A stretch of DNA of 50,390 bases from Octopus sinensis (lineage: Eukaryota), in the NCBI RefSeq assembly GCF_006345805.1, contig NW_021834270.1, positions 1 to 50,390 of the forward strand, read 5' to 3'. The translations under genes were made by a program, and so were the position numbers. Below are positions 1-11,975 of the stretch, piece after piece. Under the pieces are notes generated by a model. The model saw nothing but the letters and a program-made list of their open reading frames with translations. It did no database searches and was not told where the DNA came from. Within the stretch, counting starts at the first letter, position 1. Each line of letters starts with the position of its first letter.

Positions 1-239
1 CTAAAATTTCATTTGTAATCTTTTATCTGCATTTAAGCATTAAAAGCGAATGGTGCTGTGAATAATGAAAATTCCCGTTCAAAAGATGAGAAATTATTGA
101 ATCTTTTTGGAATTCTTTTTAGCAAAAATCCAGTTTTCTTTCATACTTGAAAAATTCAACGGTAATCCTCAGCTTTATAAGTAGGAAATTTTATTTTCAT
201 AAATAAAATTATTTGACCAGACTAATAGAGAATAGAATA

Positions 240-725
240 GTGTTTATTGAGCGAAAAGAAAAAGAAAAACAAGGAAGAAATCATCAACGGGGAGATAAAG
301 ACAAGGCACCGAAGTGTCTCTTTCCATGCGTATCCCCAATTTGTAGTCATGTTTGACGACAATTCTCCAAGACCATCCGGATCGTGGGCACAGAGGATTC
401 TTGTGAGTCTTTTAACCTTCCGTCAAGTTGTACTCCGTAAGCCAATTTCATAGCGAAACGTCTTGTTTTTTCCAACTGTTTGATCAGGTAGTCACTCTCC
501 TCCGTACCGTACCAGCCCTCGTAGCCATATGTGAGGACTGGCTGCACACACGTTTTGTATACGTAGATGTACGTTTGGCTGAAGAATAAGCTATGGATAA
601 TGGATCTGGACAGTCGTGAGTTTGATTCCGAAGGAGGCTAGTTTTCATCCGGGGGTCAATTCTCGTTATCGTTCCCCTGCCCGTGAGGCAACGAATACTT
701 CTGGCACAGACTAATAGTATTTTCT
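240..725 (-). mobile_element. 5'-truncated APE-type LINE (family 2), RT C-terminus plus 3' UTR
   Basis: Minus frame YKTCVQPVLTYGYEGWYG...LEKTRRFAMK fits the post-RT LINE motif (Y..L.PVL.YG..W). A closely similar nucleotide copy lies at 32790-32895 and 33945-34090. Confidence 0.75.
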
Positions 726-840
726 ATTTTTGTTAATTATTAATCAATTTACTTTATATTTTACACTATTTTATTTCTTAAAAAAATATAATTATAAAGG
801 TTGTGTGGCATTCAATTTTGTTGCAATTTTAAACGTAAAA

Positions 841-1610
841 ATGACTAATATTAATAAGAAAAAAACAAAGAAAAAATATTTTCCATATGGGAATTACGAT
901 CGTTATTATGGATACAGAATTCAGAATAATGAAGATCCGAGACTATCACTTATGAAATGTGAGTGGTTTAAAGACAAAAATATATTGGACATTGGCTGCA
1001 ACGTTGGATATATTACTATTATGATTGCTAAAAGATTCAAACCACGACATATCCTTGGAATAGATATTGACAAATCACTTATTCTAAGAGCCTCACGCAG
1101 CATTTCTAATCCCAACAATAATAGAAATGAATCATTTCCATCGAATATATCATTCTGTTACGTATAGATTTTATTTTTATTTTTAGGAAAATTATGTTAT
1201 CGATAGTATTGACGGATATATTCCAAAGAAGCAATATGATGTTATTATGGCTTTGAGTATCACAAAGTGGATTCATCTTGTGAATGGCGACGAAGGTCTT
1301 CGAATAGCATTTCAGAGAATTTATGCTGATTTGTTGCCAGGTGGAATTCTTATTATCGAAATTCAGCCATGGGAAAGTTATGAGAAAAATTATAAATCTT
1401 CTGTAATATTATTTATTTATTCTATTAGACTATGGCAAAAAATAATTATTTTAAGTTGAAATTTAAACCTGACATGTTTAAGGAGTATTTAGAAAATGAA
1501 CTTCTTTTTACTTTTGTTCAAGATATCGTGCCGACGGCTGCGAATGCAGGTTTTTTTATTTTTTATTTATCTTAGGTTTTTTGAGAAATATCAGCATATT
1601 CATGAAGTAG
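841..1610 (+). CDS. MEPCE: 7SK/U6 methylphosphate capping enzyme (Bin3/BCDIN3-type), catalytic domain only
   Basis: [42 protein letters not shown]; [46 protein letters not shown]. Three 25-26 nt GT-AG introns restore one frame ending ...RNISIFMK*. Confidence 0.93.
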
Positions 1611-3611
1611 AACTCTTTTTTATCAGATTTTGTTGATTTTATTGTAGTTAATGTAAGTCATTTTTTTAATTATGTTCCTTTTCATTCAGATGTTATTATT
1701 TTACGGCGGATTTTTAGTTAACCTTGAAATAAAGGTTTGACAGGTGTAATTTATAGCAAAAAGCTGTGTTAAAATAAAATTTTCGTTTAGAAGTTTTAAT
1801 GCACTTTTTACGGACGTTTTGAACCAAATTCATATTTTCTTTTCTAAATTTATACTTTCTCAATAAGGATTTTTACTTGAATGTTTGATGATGATACTTT
1901 TGGAGGCTCATTATTTTTTGCGGTCATTTACTATTTACCAGTCATTTCTATTAAACTCCTTATATTCTGCAATGACTAGTTTATTATATTGGTGTTTAAT
2001 ACATAAGTAACATATTCATTATGTATAGTCGGGGCTGGTCTTGAACGCAAATATGAGCCGACTAAGTGTTTAACAGCACACCAAGGTACTTCTTAGTCGA
2101 CGGTCTCGTCAATTAGTTTTTTCTTTGATTAAGTCAATTCTAAGTATGAAAGAAGTTAATTAATTGATATAAATTATTTATAAAGAAAAGTTAATTGAAT
2201 GCTAGTTTCTGTCAAGATGATTTGCTGAAAACAATATTAAATGACTTTATAATGCCCATTAAATAATTTTTCTTCATTACTTGATTCATAATGAAGTATT
2301 ACAAATTTTTAACGGTGAGAAGGCCCAAATAATTGGTTTTACATTTTATTTACCAATCTCATTTTCAAAAAATATGATTTCTAATAACCTGAAATCTATC
2401 AAATGTATTTCTATTCTGTATAAAGTTTTCACAAAATACTTAAATAGAAAATAAAACTGAGTATGTCGAAAACTATTCAATCATTTTTGAAAACCAATAA
2501 TATACCATTGAAAGAAAAAATAGACTTTAGACAAAAATATATTTAAAATTAGGTAATTAAAACAATCTGTTCATTTCCTTGATTAATGTTAAGTGTGCCC
2601 GTATAAACTGTCCAGTTCACCGACGTAATTCATCAAGTTTGTAAAATTATTATAGACCCAGAAGAAACTAAATCTACATCTAGAAAGGAAATAGAAAAAT
2701 CAAAAAAAGTTGGAAATTTTAAAAAGTTGGCCACAAATTTTCCAGACATTGCTAATGAAGAAATTATAATTAGCAAAAAGCAGCGGGATGTTTTTGTTGA
2801 TTTCTCAGTACATTTAATTGATTTGTAGTGAGACAAATTTATTAATTTGAGGCCTTGGTACCTGTAGCCACCTCCTTAATCAGTCATTAATCCATGGGTT
2901 AAGATTTCGAATTAAGGTACAACTAATATTATGGATACATATTTTTTTAACCAATTTTTATCACGTACATTTTTTATTTACAAGTAATATATTGTTGTAC
3001 GTAAAATATAGTTAAGATTGTTCTGGATAGATTTAATTATAATACGAGCAGAAGACAACAGAGCTTGGCAAAACATAAACAAAATGAACAACAATTCAAA
3101 AAAGTTATGATTTGTAGAACCGCTAGAATATTTTCTTAATTAATTGCGAGGATCATATGATTTTTGTACTCTTAGGTGGTGTTCAATTTTGATGATAACC
3201 CATTTTATTGTCCTATTTATAACTACTTAGATTCTATTTATAAGAACAGAATTTTGATGTAGATTTGAGAGATTTTGTTTTAAAGATGAACTGTTTCAAA
3301 ATATAGCAATATTTTGTGATTTCATCTCTAAGCATTTATTCTGAGATCTAGCTATTTTCAAGACACAAAATATGTCAAAAACACGTCCTTTATCGCAATA
3401 ACCATAATTTATAAAATATTCCAGACAGATATTATTTGTTTCTAATCTCTATCCAGTCTGCTAATTTCCCAACATATAAGTAAATTTGCATATTCTCTTT
3501 TACAAATTTATACGTTGACAAATCTCCCTACGCTATACTGTTTCATTCTGTTTTGTCTGCGTTTATATTCACAATAAAGTATCAATAAAACAAATATATA
3601 AATGTAATATA

Positions 3612-6091
3612 TTAGTGTGAAACACATTGATTACACACCCAGGGAACATTGCTATTCTACAAGTAATGTAAAAAAACAACCATGGGATGATCTAGAAGAC
3701 AGTCCGAGTGGTAATAAGATGAGCAAACAGAACAGGTTAAGACGAGCCCGTACTTTCTGAGTTTCCGACAAGACTTGCAGTAAACAGTGGTTGGACAGTC
3801 CCACAAAACATGGCGTTGGAATAAACTCAGCATTGTGGCAATCTGGGAAATATTTGTGACTTGTTTCAACTGAGTTATCCAAGACTGCATAAAATCACAA
3901 TCCTGGAGAGGAGACAGTCTTTTCGCGGAGGATCTACGTCCCCTTCTGGTTTTGAGTGCAGTGCCAAAGGGTGGAAGCATGGATTGTGGAATGGCAGACT
4001 GTACAACAGTCGCGAATGCATTGGCGAGAGGAGTGACTTGTTGTCTGTGGGGGAGAAGTGACAGAGATTCAAGTGAACTCTGAATTTGGTGAGTTATATC
4101 TGGAGTAAGTAGAGAAGACATGTAGGACAGCTGTGAGATGACTGGGGGAGATATAGTTTGTACATGGACTGGGATGGGAGTAGACAATTTTATGTTGTCT
4201 CTATTTTTAATCAATGCCTTCTTTAATGCAATCTCCCGCACGCCAGTTGTACTGAGTGAGTCCATCAACAAAGTTAATGTTTCTTCGTCTGGTATAACAG
4301 ACCATGTAGGCAGTCCGTCGAGAGGAACGGGGTTATCAAAAACAGGAGTGATAAGTGAGGCAAACTCATCTTGAAAAGAGAGTGGAGGGTGAGGAGGATC
4401 TTTGAAATTGAGAGAAAACCGATTGGCAAATTGTTGCCAAGTCTCAGTGTGGGGATCAATCGTAAGTTGTCTGACTCGTTTATGGCGAGAAAGATATCTC
4501 TATGACTGACTGTAATAGAAATACTGCTTTGGGAGTAATCTCGACAAAGAGAGCATGTGAGAATAAATAATATTTCCTATATAGTCTGTCCATTCCCAAT
4601 AACTGAATATTGTTATACTTGTCGAGTTGTGTCTTGATTTGTTCTTTACGTTTGTGTATTTTAGCGAGTTTATAATCCCTTCTTGATTCGTTCGGATCGT
4701 CGGAGTCCTCCGAACTCTCATCCCACCATTTTCCCTTCCTGCCAACAGTTTTGACGTGATTGATCTGGTTAGTTGTTCTGTTGTATTTGATCATTTTCAT
4801 GGCCTCATCTGCCGTGAGAGCAGCCATTTCCTTGTTGAGGGCAATAATGTCTTTATTGAGTGCCTCCAGATGAGGACGAAAGTGTGGATGTGCTGAAATA
4901 ATTTGGACAAGGTAGGATAGAAGGAGTAGTTTTTGTTCAGAAGGAAATGAGTGCATGTCCTCATATTCCAATGAGCAAAATACACTCGTCTTTGTCAATA
5001 ACAATGCTTCAGACTGTTGGGAAGAACATTTATCCTCCGCACACAAAAGAAAAGTCTTCTAACAAATTCTGAGATGTTGTTGTGGGTCATTTCTACCAAA
5101 TATAAAAGAAAGTAAACCAAATGGGACATCAATCTTCTTGTCCACTCCCGTCATGGCCCAGATCACCTTCAACAATTCTCCTGTAAATGTGAACATACGC
5201 TCTCTGTCTCCCAAAACTGCCCTTTCGACAAATTCTATAATATATTCACATATTCTTACCGCAGTCAATATCAAAAGCCCCTCCGAATTTCCTCAAAAAC
5301 GGATCAAACATATCAACAAAGTAAACAAGTGCCATAATGTCTCCCAAATGCTCACTAAGGAGGGGAGACAGTGGGAAATAGTCCGGAAGTGGCTTTAAAG
5401 TTTGGCAAAGCAGATCTTCATTAGGAGTCAGTAAATGTGAACAGTAATGAGACTGCAGTCGTTTAATTCTTCTAATTCTGGCCTCCTTAGACTGTCCTTT
5501 CTTCTCAACTACTGGCCGAATATTTGAAAAAACATTCCCCAGGTCTTCATTCTCCCAATCCATACTTAAACACAGCCCAACTCTCCTCTTGGTGACAGAT
5601 TCAATCATCCTCCGTGGGGAATATGCCAGATATGTTATTCCATCTGCAGTGGCGTAGTACTCCCCCAATCTCTCCACTCTGCTAACTCTCCCACGTATTC
5701 CATTCCCTTCTTTGTCACGGAATTCGATTGGTTCTCCCACAAAGAGCACTTCACTCACAAATTCAAACACACTGTCAACCAACGACTCCTTATCAGTCCC
5801 ATCAAATAAATTCCGGGTATATAATATCCCCTTTATTACGGGATCTGTTAGTTCTTCCACTTCTCTCCGACATTCACTCTCACAAGCAACTGCCTGGCTT
5901 AAAGTCAGTCCGTCTCCACCAATCAAAGAACATCCCCACACCAGACTGTTGCACAATATTACTCGTTCATAGTAACTCTCATAATCACGGAATATTTCTC
6001 CTGTCCTCCAACATACGAATATTTCGTCTTCGTCTTCTAAATCACTTGGTTGGGGTAGTTTTACAAATGGTTTATTCCATAAAAGAGGCAT
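3612..6091 (-). CDS. BAZ1A: ACF1/BAZ1A-like ISWI accessory subunit (WAC-DDT-WHIM1-WSD-PHD)
   Basis: WAC motif MPLLWNKPF..EIFVCWRTGEIFRDYESYYERVILCNSLVWGC; WHIM1 FPSEQKLLLLSYL; WSD motifs LGMDRLYRKYY and W..EETLTLLMDSL..GVRE..L; C4HC3 PHD CKSC..CSVC..HSDC..WVCNQC. Five introns of 24-29 nt join the ORF-track pieces. Confidence 0.9.
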
Positions 6092-6527
6092 CTCCCTACT
6101 AATATTTATATTAAAAACTGATTCACTGCCTTAAATTAATAAATAAGAAATTTTAACAAACCGTCTAATTATTCTAATTACACCACAAAGAAGAATAAGA
6201 ACGGTTTAGTGTGTATAAATATTCAAATTTGCTATAATGTCCATTGTTGATAAGGTTCGCCGCATTAAATAAAAATATTTTTTAATATTATACATAAATA
6301 AATATAGATTAAAAAGAAAATATTACATATCATTATTACTAATAACTATAATAAAATTTGTTTTAAAAATCAATTATTAAAATTCCATCCAATAAATACC
6401 AGTGTAGATACAGTTATTTGTTTCAATTAAAACATTTTTTATTAAAATAAATGTTTTTTTTAATTATATACTTTTTTCAATAGTAAAATTTTTTGATTAA
6501 ATTAACATCAAATTCTGTTTTTAATTA

Positions 6528-6630
6528 AATTTGACAATGACAATTTTTATTTGTCTAACGTGACTTGTGTCAAATATCATTTGAACACTATCACTATGGA
6601 TCAGTACTAATAGCAAGCATTTCAGTACTT
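6528..6630 (+). pseudogene. Relic of an NPC2-like first exon (paralog of 8446-8964)
   Basis: TGTCTAACGTGACTTGT-GTCAAATATCATTTGA aligns with 8468 TGTCTAACGTGACTTGTGGTCAAATACCATTTGA. ATG is replaced by TTG, there are two 1-nt deletions, and similarity fades after about 100 nt. Confidence 0.6.
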
Positions 6631-6789
6631 AACGTATAAAAAGAGGACTAGTTCTAACTGGGTTAAAGCTACGGAGAAAAAAACTACAACTTTAATGCAC
6701 CATCAGAAATAGTGAAAAACTACTGTAAATAAGCATTCCCGATATCCGAAAAGCAAAAAAGTGATAGATGTGCTGTGTATATGTGCCTA

Positions 6790-7530
6790 TAAGAAATGCA
6801 AGAAGGGAGAACTATCCCGAATTCAATCATTAATTGAATATTTAATACGGCTTAGAATGAAACAAATATCTGTTCACAAAACGATGAGTGAGTTCCGAAA
6901 GTACAGCAAATGCTTTGCGCTAAACCACCGAAGGTTCTATAGGAATCTATGTGAAAATTGAGTTGTTAAATTGAACTTTAATGACTTCGAATGAATTGAG
7001 AAATGTTTGGAGTGGAAAAGTCGAAATTCTCTATTCGATGGACGATTATGAGACTCCGACGCCCGAATTTAGTGAAGAGTTTGACTGAACATTATCAAGT
7101 GCGGCCCTGACTGGAAGGAAAGTGGCTGCGATGGTGTCTACAACTTTTTTATTAAAAAAATGGATTCGCTGCATGGCCCCCTATGCAAGGAGATTGGCAG
7201 AATAGTCCGAGGAGGTTACATTCCTGGAAATGGTTTTATACTGGATTCACATATTTGATCTCAAAAAACGTTTGCGAAACCTTGAACGATCTTCGGTCAA
7301 TCACGTGCGTGGCTAATCTTCATAAGATAGTAACTAAATGCGTCAACCAAAACTATTGGACTTTGTGGATTCATTTGGTCTACTTCCCGATAACCAGCTG
7401 GGAACGGGAAAGGGATGCCAGGGTGCAAAAGAACAGGCCCTTATTTATCAATGTTCAATAAGGAGTATCAGAACAATCTCTACTCGCCATGGATTGATGT
7501 TAAAAAGGCATTCGATTCTGTAAATCGTGA
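6790..7530 (+). mobile_element. R2/R4-type (RLE) non-LTR retrotransposon, N-terminal half of RT, frameshifted
   Basis: Frames give GCDGVYNFFIKKM, WFYTGFTYLISK, DLRSITC..NLHKIVTK, NQLGT.KGCQGAKEQALI and WIDVKKAFDSV, i.e. RT subdomains 0-3. Confidence 0.85.
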
Positions 7531-7770
7531 GTCTATTCCAAGTGCTAGAGTGTTCAGGTATCATGTGCATTTTGTTATTTTTCAGCATATTGAAAATGAT
7601 TAAATTCATTTTTATTTTGTAATATATTTTGAATTGGATTAAAATAATTCCCCTTTTTCTTACTTTTAACAGTTTTCAATTTTAACGGTGTTTTATCAGT
7701 CAAAATCAGTATAAGGGAGTATCTAATAGAACTTGTTTAAAAAATTTGGCACCAACTCACACCAGTGTCG

Positions 7771-7990
7771 ATTTTTTATTTTATTTAACCAAGACCACGG
7801 TAAAAACCGAATAAACGTCACGTGATCCCGATGCACTCGACCAGGGACTTCATCTTTGCTCGGTGATCTTTCCACAAGATTGTACCGGGTGGCTGGCTGC
7901 ATTTGACGGGGCATTTGTAAACAGGCAGAGGTTCAGCTTGATCTGGTCTTCCTGAAAATAATTTTTAGCGGAGTAACACCGACACAGTTC
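7771..7990 (-). mobile_element. 'GIT*' LINE family 3' end, copy 1
   Basis: Minus frame ...DHRAKMKSLVECIGIT*, followed by a stem-loop and a GGTTAAATAAAATAAAAAA tail. Confidence 0.75.
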
Positions 7991-7999
7991 CCGGCTCTC

Positions 8000-8415
8000 G
8001 GCACTCTCTACAAACAATTCATCGAACCAACAATTGGCTAGCCTGCGCCGCATGGGGTACTAATCTCTCATGGTTTAACCGCCTTAAAATTGAGACTACA
8101 CTATGCCGAGCCGCGGCTAGCATAACGAAAATTTCAAATTTGAACAACATTATCCCAACTCCGCTTGACCACCTTATTAAGAAAGATGGAAAGGGTTTCT
8201 TAGCCATCCAACAGGACCACCTGCCAAAAGACCAAGACCTCAACAACCAGAAGCACATCACCCCGATTCAATTCCTCACAAAAACTGCTCCCCGCCCGTT
8301 CCGCACTTGCGTTATGTCCAGAGTCCAACATCGGGAAAAGCTGAGAAAGATCTTGAGGATTGTTGGAATCACCTAATTATTACCCTAATTAACTGTTGGT
8401 GATTCTGGGTTAAAT
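8000..8415 (+). mobile_element. 'GIT*' LINE family 3' end, copy 2
   Basis: TLYKQFIEPTIG..CAAWG...VQHREKLRKILRIVGIT*, followed by a stem-loop and a GGGTTAAATAAAAA tail. Confidence 0.8.
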
Positions 8416-8445
8416 AAAAAATTAGGTTCGCGTTTGTGATAAAAC

Positions 8446-8964
8446 ATGATAATAACAAGTTGTATTTTGTCTAACGTGACTTGTGGTCAAATACCATTTG
8501 ATCCCTGTAACAAGGGATCGGTACATACAAGCATTGATGTAAAAAATTGTAACATGACTTCATGTATTGTATATGCAGGCGAAGAATTAGAGACACAAAT
8601 AAATCTAACAATATGTATAGATGCGATTTTATTTTTAGACCAACGAATCAGCAATTTTAAACCGAAAGCAGTCATTGCAAAACACATTCCTATTTTTACA
8701 ACTTTCAACGCATGTCGTTATTTCTTGGAGAATTGTCCATCATTGGGAGGCGATAAAATCTCTTTTAACTATAAAAGGAAACTTCCCAATATATTCACAA
8801 TAGTATTTTTTGATATATTTATCATATAGCCGGTGCATCTACATGTTACTTGGAAGTTTTTCGACAGCGATTTAATGGTCGCCTGCGCCAAATTCGCGTT
8901 TAGGACTGTCTTTAATATTTCGAATTTAGAAAACCAAATTGGTGTCAATGTTCGAATATACTGA
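8446..8964 (+). CDS. NPC2/MD-2-like lipid-recognition (ML) domain protein
   Basis: Cysteine pattern PC..NC..SC..NAC..NCP..W....VAC, a short hydrophobic N-terminus, and a last exon PVHLHVTWKFFDSDLMVACAKF after a 27 nt intron. A 24 nt in-frame intron is probable near 8612. Confidence 0.75.
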
Positions 8965-9659
8965 ATTTCATTAACCTAACTTAATAAAATCAAAAGTTCA
9001 ATAAGGTCGTTACTAGTCAATTCTAATTTGTGGTTTGATTCTAGGTTCAGGTCTGCAATTTTGTTTCTTAATTTTGATTTGATTCAAATGCGAAAAACTT
9101 TGTTTACATCTATAGTGAACCCAAAAATTGTCATAATTCTATATGCAATTTTTTAATTCATAAAAAGAATCCGGAAGAGGATTCCTTTTTGTGTTGCCAA
9201 TATTTAAAAAATTAATTCTCAAACTAAATATTTTGACAAGTTTTTTTATAGCTTTCTTTCGTGAGTCACCTATTGGATATCTTCAAAATTTGAAAGATTC
9301 CCTTCATTTTAATTAAAAATATCGCGTATTATCAATTTTGGTTTAATTTTTATTGAAGGAACCTACTTGAAATTTAAAGAGTCACCAAAAGCTGATGAGC
9401 TAGCCTTTATCGATCTCTGGTCTATAAGATCTTATCCAAAGCTATTGAAATATTTCAGATTTTCGAATAATGTCGCGATTGCAGATATTGTTACAAAATT
9501 CAAAAGTACATTTTAAAAGGATGATTGTTTAGAATCGTTCGAATTTGTAAATTTATCAAAAAATCATAATTAAACGGCTTTAAAATGATATTTAGAACAT
9601 AATCAAAATGATATTTGGCAAGAGAGATTACACAAGGTTCTGGGTTTTACTTCTTCTTA

Positions 9660-10450
9660 GAAGCACTAGGATAACATTTTGTATAAGTCCCTTACGGATC
9701 TCTAGAATCTCTTTAAACCAGAACCAACTTCTTGTTTAAGGATACCAAAGTTGATGTGTATGAGGCTTGCGGATGGTTAATTAATGGAAACAATTCTCCC
9801 CGGACTTAAAAAGCAAATCTGTGCCTGTTGCAAGACCGGAACTTGTTTTTCAGCAAAGGAGAGAATAAATGCAGCCACTGCAACTCGTCCAAGAAGACCG
9901 TCGATCACCTTGCTACCAGATATGGGCGAATGCTTAATGGTCCCTACCTTAGACGCCATAACGAAGTGGTCAAATGTTTACATTTACATCTATGTCGCAA
10001 ATATGGAATTAAAAAGTCGAAAAAATTAAAAAACGCATTCAGTCCAATCTGTTACCAGCAATGAATTTGTGGAAATCCGAGTCGATACATACCTCTCGAC
10101 TGATTATGCTAGCCCAAATAACAAGCCCGGCATATTTGTTCAAGACAAATCGAGCAACACAATTATACTCATCGAGGTGGGGATCACTTCCCAAAATTTT
10201 CTCAAGCAGGTCGAAGTGGAAAAGTTTCACAAATACCACTTGCTAGCAAATGAACTGGGAGTGATCCACCGGGCGAAGGTAAAGATCGTCCCTTTCGTCA
10301 TGACCTGGGACGGAATAGTGTCAAAATACTTCAAAAATTATCTGGCGGTGCTTGGCGTGGAGGATAGGGTGAAGGCATACACTGGTGTTGCGGAAGACCT
10401 TAGAAAGCATGCAAGCCGAGACAAGGCACGGGTTATCGATGCCTGTTAAA
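9660..10450 (+). mobile_element. R2/R4-type (RLE) retrotransposon C-terminus: zinc knuckle and restriction-like endonuclease
   Basis: LQDRNLF..CSHCNSSKKTVDHLATR..YLRRHNEVVKCLH; NNKPGIFVQDK..IILIEVGITSQ..VEVEKFHKY.LLANELG..IVPFVMTWDGIV. Contains a frameshift and a PD-to-PG change. Confidence 0.88.
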
Positions 10451-10689
10451 GAGGTAGGCCCTGAATCTAGACTGCGGTAGTCGAGTAGGTTGCAAACCCA
10501 TCGAGTTAAGAACGCAATGAAATAGTCTCCTCCTCAAAATGTAATTTAAAGATTGGCTTGAAATAAAAGATTTTTGAAAGGCATTCAAAGAATTTCGAAA
10601 AGCATTTAAAAAATTTAGAAGAGATTTGAATTCAAAATTAGATTTGACTAATTTCATTAAATGAATTAATATTACTAATAATTCCGTGT

Positions 10690-10825
10690 TTCCACATTTA
10701 AAAGGGCAAATGGTCATTCCATCAGGATGTTGCCTATCGCCACGGTCGACTCCAACAAATTGGAGTAGTATCCGACCTCATCTAGTGCTCTTTTCACGAT
10801 GTCGTTAAACGATAAAATTTTCCTC
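10690..10825 (-). mobile_element. CRE-clade retrotransposon RLE relic
   Basis: VNDIVKRAL...RGDRQHPDGMTICPFKCG resembles the CRE motif LNDII.RAL..R.DGKRPDGMTL.PW..G. Confidence 0.6.
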
Positions 10826-11569
10826 TAAAAATGTAAACAAGATCATCTGAAAAGAAGTCTATCTGTAAATTCGAATCAGATTTAGATATTAAGAGCCCAT
10901 ATAATGAAAATGACGCAATGTAAAACCCTGATTTTTAAAAAATCAAATTTGTTTGATTAATAGTTTAAAGCTCATTTTCTCCATTTATATAAATAATTTT
11001 CATGTTAAATGTCGGCTTTTAACTTATGGTAAATTAATTATTGGTATCCATATCTACTTTTTCTGATAATGTATTTGATAATGTGTTTGCAAGAGTAAAA
11101 CTTCGACATCTAGTTTTTTTAAGATGAAAGATGCCTGTCTCTGATTCTAGTAGTTGATTGAATCAATTGAAAACCTTTTAGTTGATGGAAAAGTATGTCC
11201 AAACGAAAATAAATTTTGGAGTCAGGTGAAGAACCAGAGTCTTTTTTGATGATTGTTTTAATAATTTCTATTACTACTGAAGTTATTTTAAAGACTGTTA
11301 AAGAGAAATTCAAAAGCAAGACTTCACGTCTTTCAGCTTATATAGCCAAATCTCTAGGTCTTGCGGCTTTCTTGAAAGTCAAAAAAGTCACCTGTCGGGA
11401 ACTCATCGAATTTGGGAATTGAATTAAGAAGATATCAGGTTGTTTGTTGGTGAATTGTTCATAATACCGATAGCCAGCAAAAATCATTTTGAAATAATCA
11501 GACTCAAAAAAAATTTGAAATGTAACTTGCAATAATCTATATTTTGGAAATCTTCATAGTTGCAATTAT

Positions 11570-11975
11570 TATTATTAGAACCAAGATCACCATCCAAAAC
11601 ATAGAACTAATTAATCAGGTGATCCCGGCTTCTCTGAGGAGGGTCCTCATCTTTGCCCGGTGCTCCTCCCTAGTCCCGACACAATTTCTATGAGGGCGCG
11701 GTGGTGAAGTTTTAGGGTCTGTAGACCCAAGGTTTCTTCCCAAGATTTCTTTAAATGAGGCGATGAATAGATGTTCATTCGGTCTTTGTAGTGCTTTCCG
11801 AAATCTTTCTTGAGTTTTTTCGATTTTTTTGCGGTTCGTTTCACTGAAAAATTTTCCCCACGCCTCACAAGCATAACTAATGGAGGGTTCGATGTATTGC
11901 CGGTAGATTGATTGGCGTGTGGGGAAGCTGATCCATTGTTTGCATTTTCGGAAAATCTTCATAGTTGCCATCATT
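11570..11975 (-). mobile_element. 'GIT*' LINE family 3' end, copy 3
   Basis: ORF 11615..11974 IYRQYIEPSISYACEAWG...REEHRAKMRTLLREAGIT*, with stem-loop and (TAA)n tail. Confidence 0.82.

Noticed and set aside
2020-2110. TAGTCGG..CCGACTA hairpin as an ncRNA
   Set aside because: The minus strand reads KKYLGVLLN, a LINE RT relic, and the stem is short.
2140-3590. Possible plus-strand orphan gene convergent on BAZ1A (also similar patches at 9000-9650, 34620-34990 and 36420-37200)
   Set aside because: Some open stretches exist, but I could not build a consistent exon chain or recognise any motif.
3612-6091. BAZ1A as contaminant or recent HGT because of its higher GC
   Set aside because: It has the same 24-29 nt AT-rich introns as the neighbouring genes.
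3652-6102. Plus-strand and alternate-frame ORFs in the track (e.g. 3861..4061, 5138..5398, 5712..5972, 5728..6102)
   Set aside because: These are antisense or off-frame shadows of the GC-richer BAZ1A gene. The same applies to most 60-90 aa ORFs overlapping transposons.
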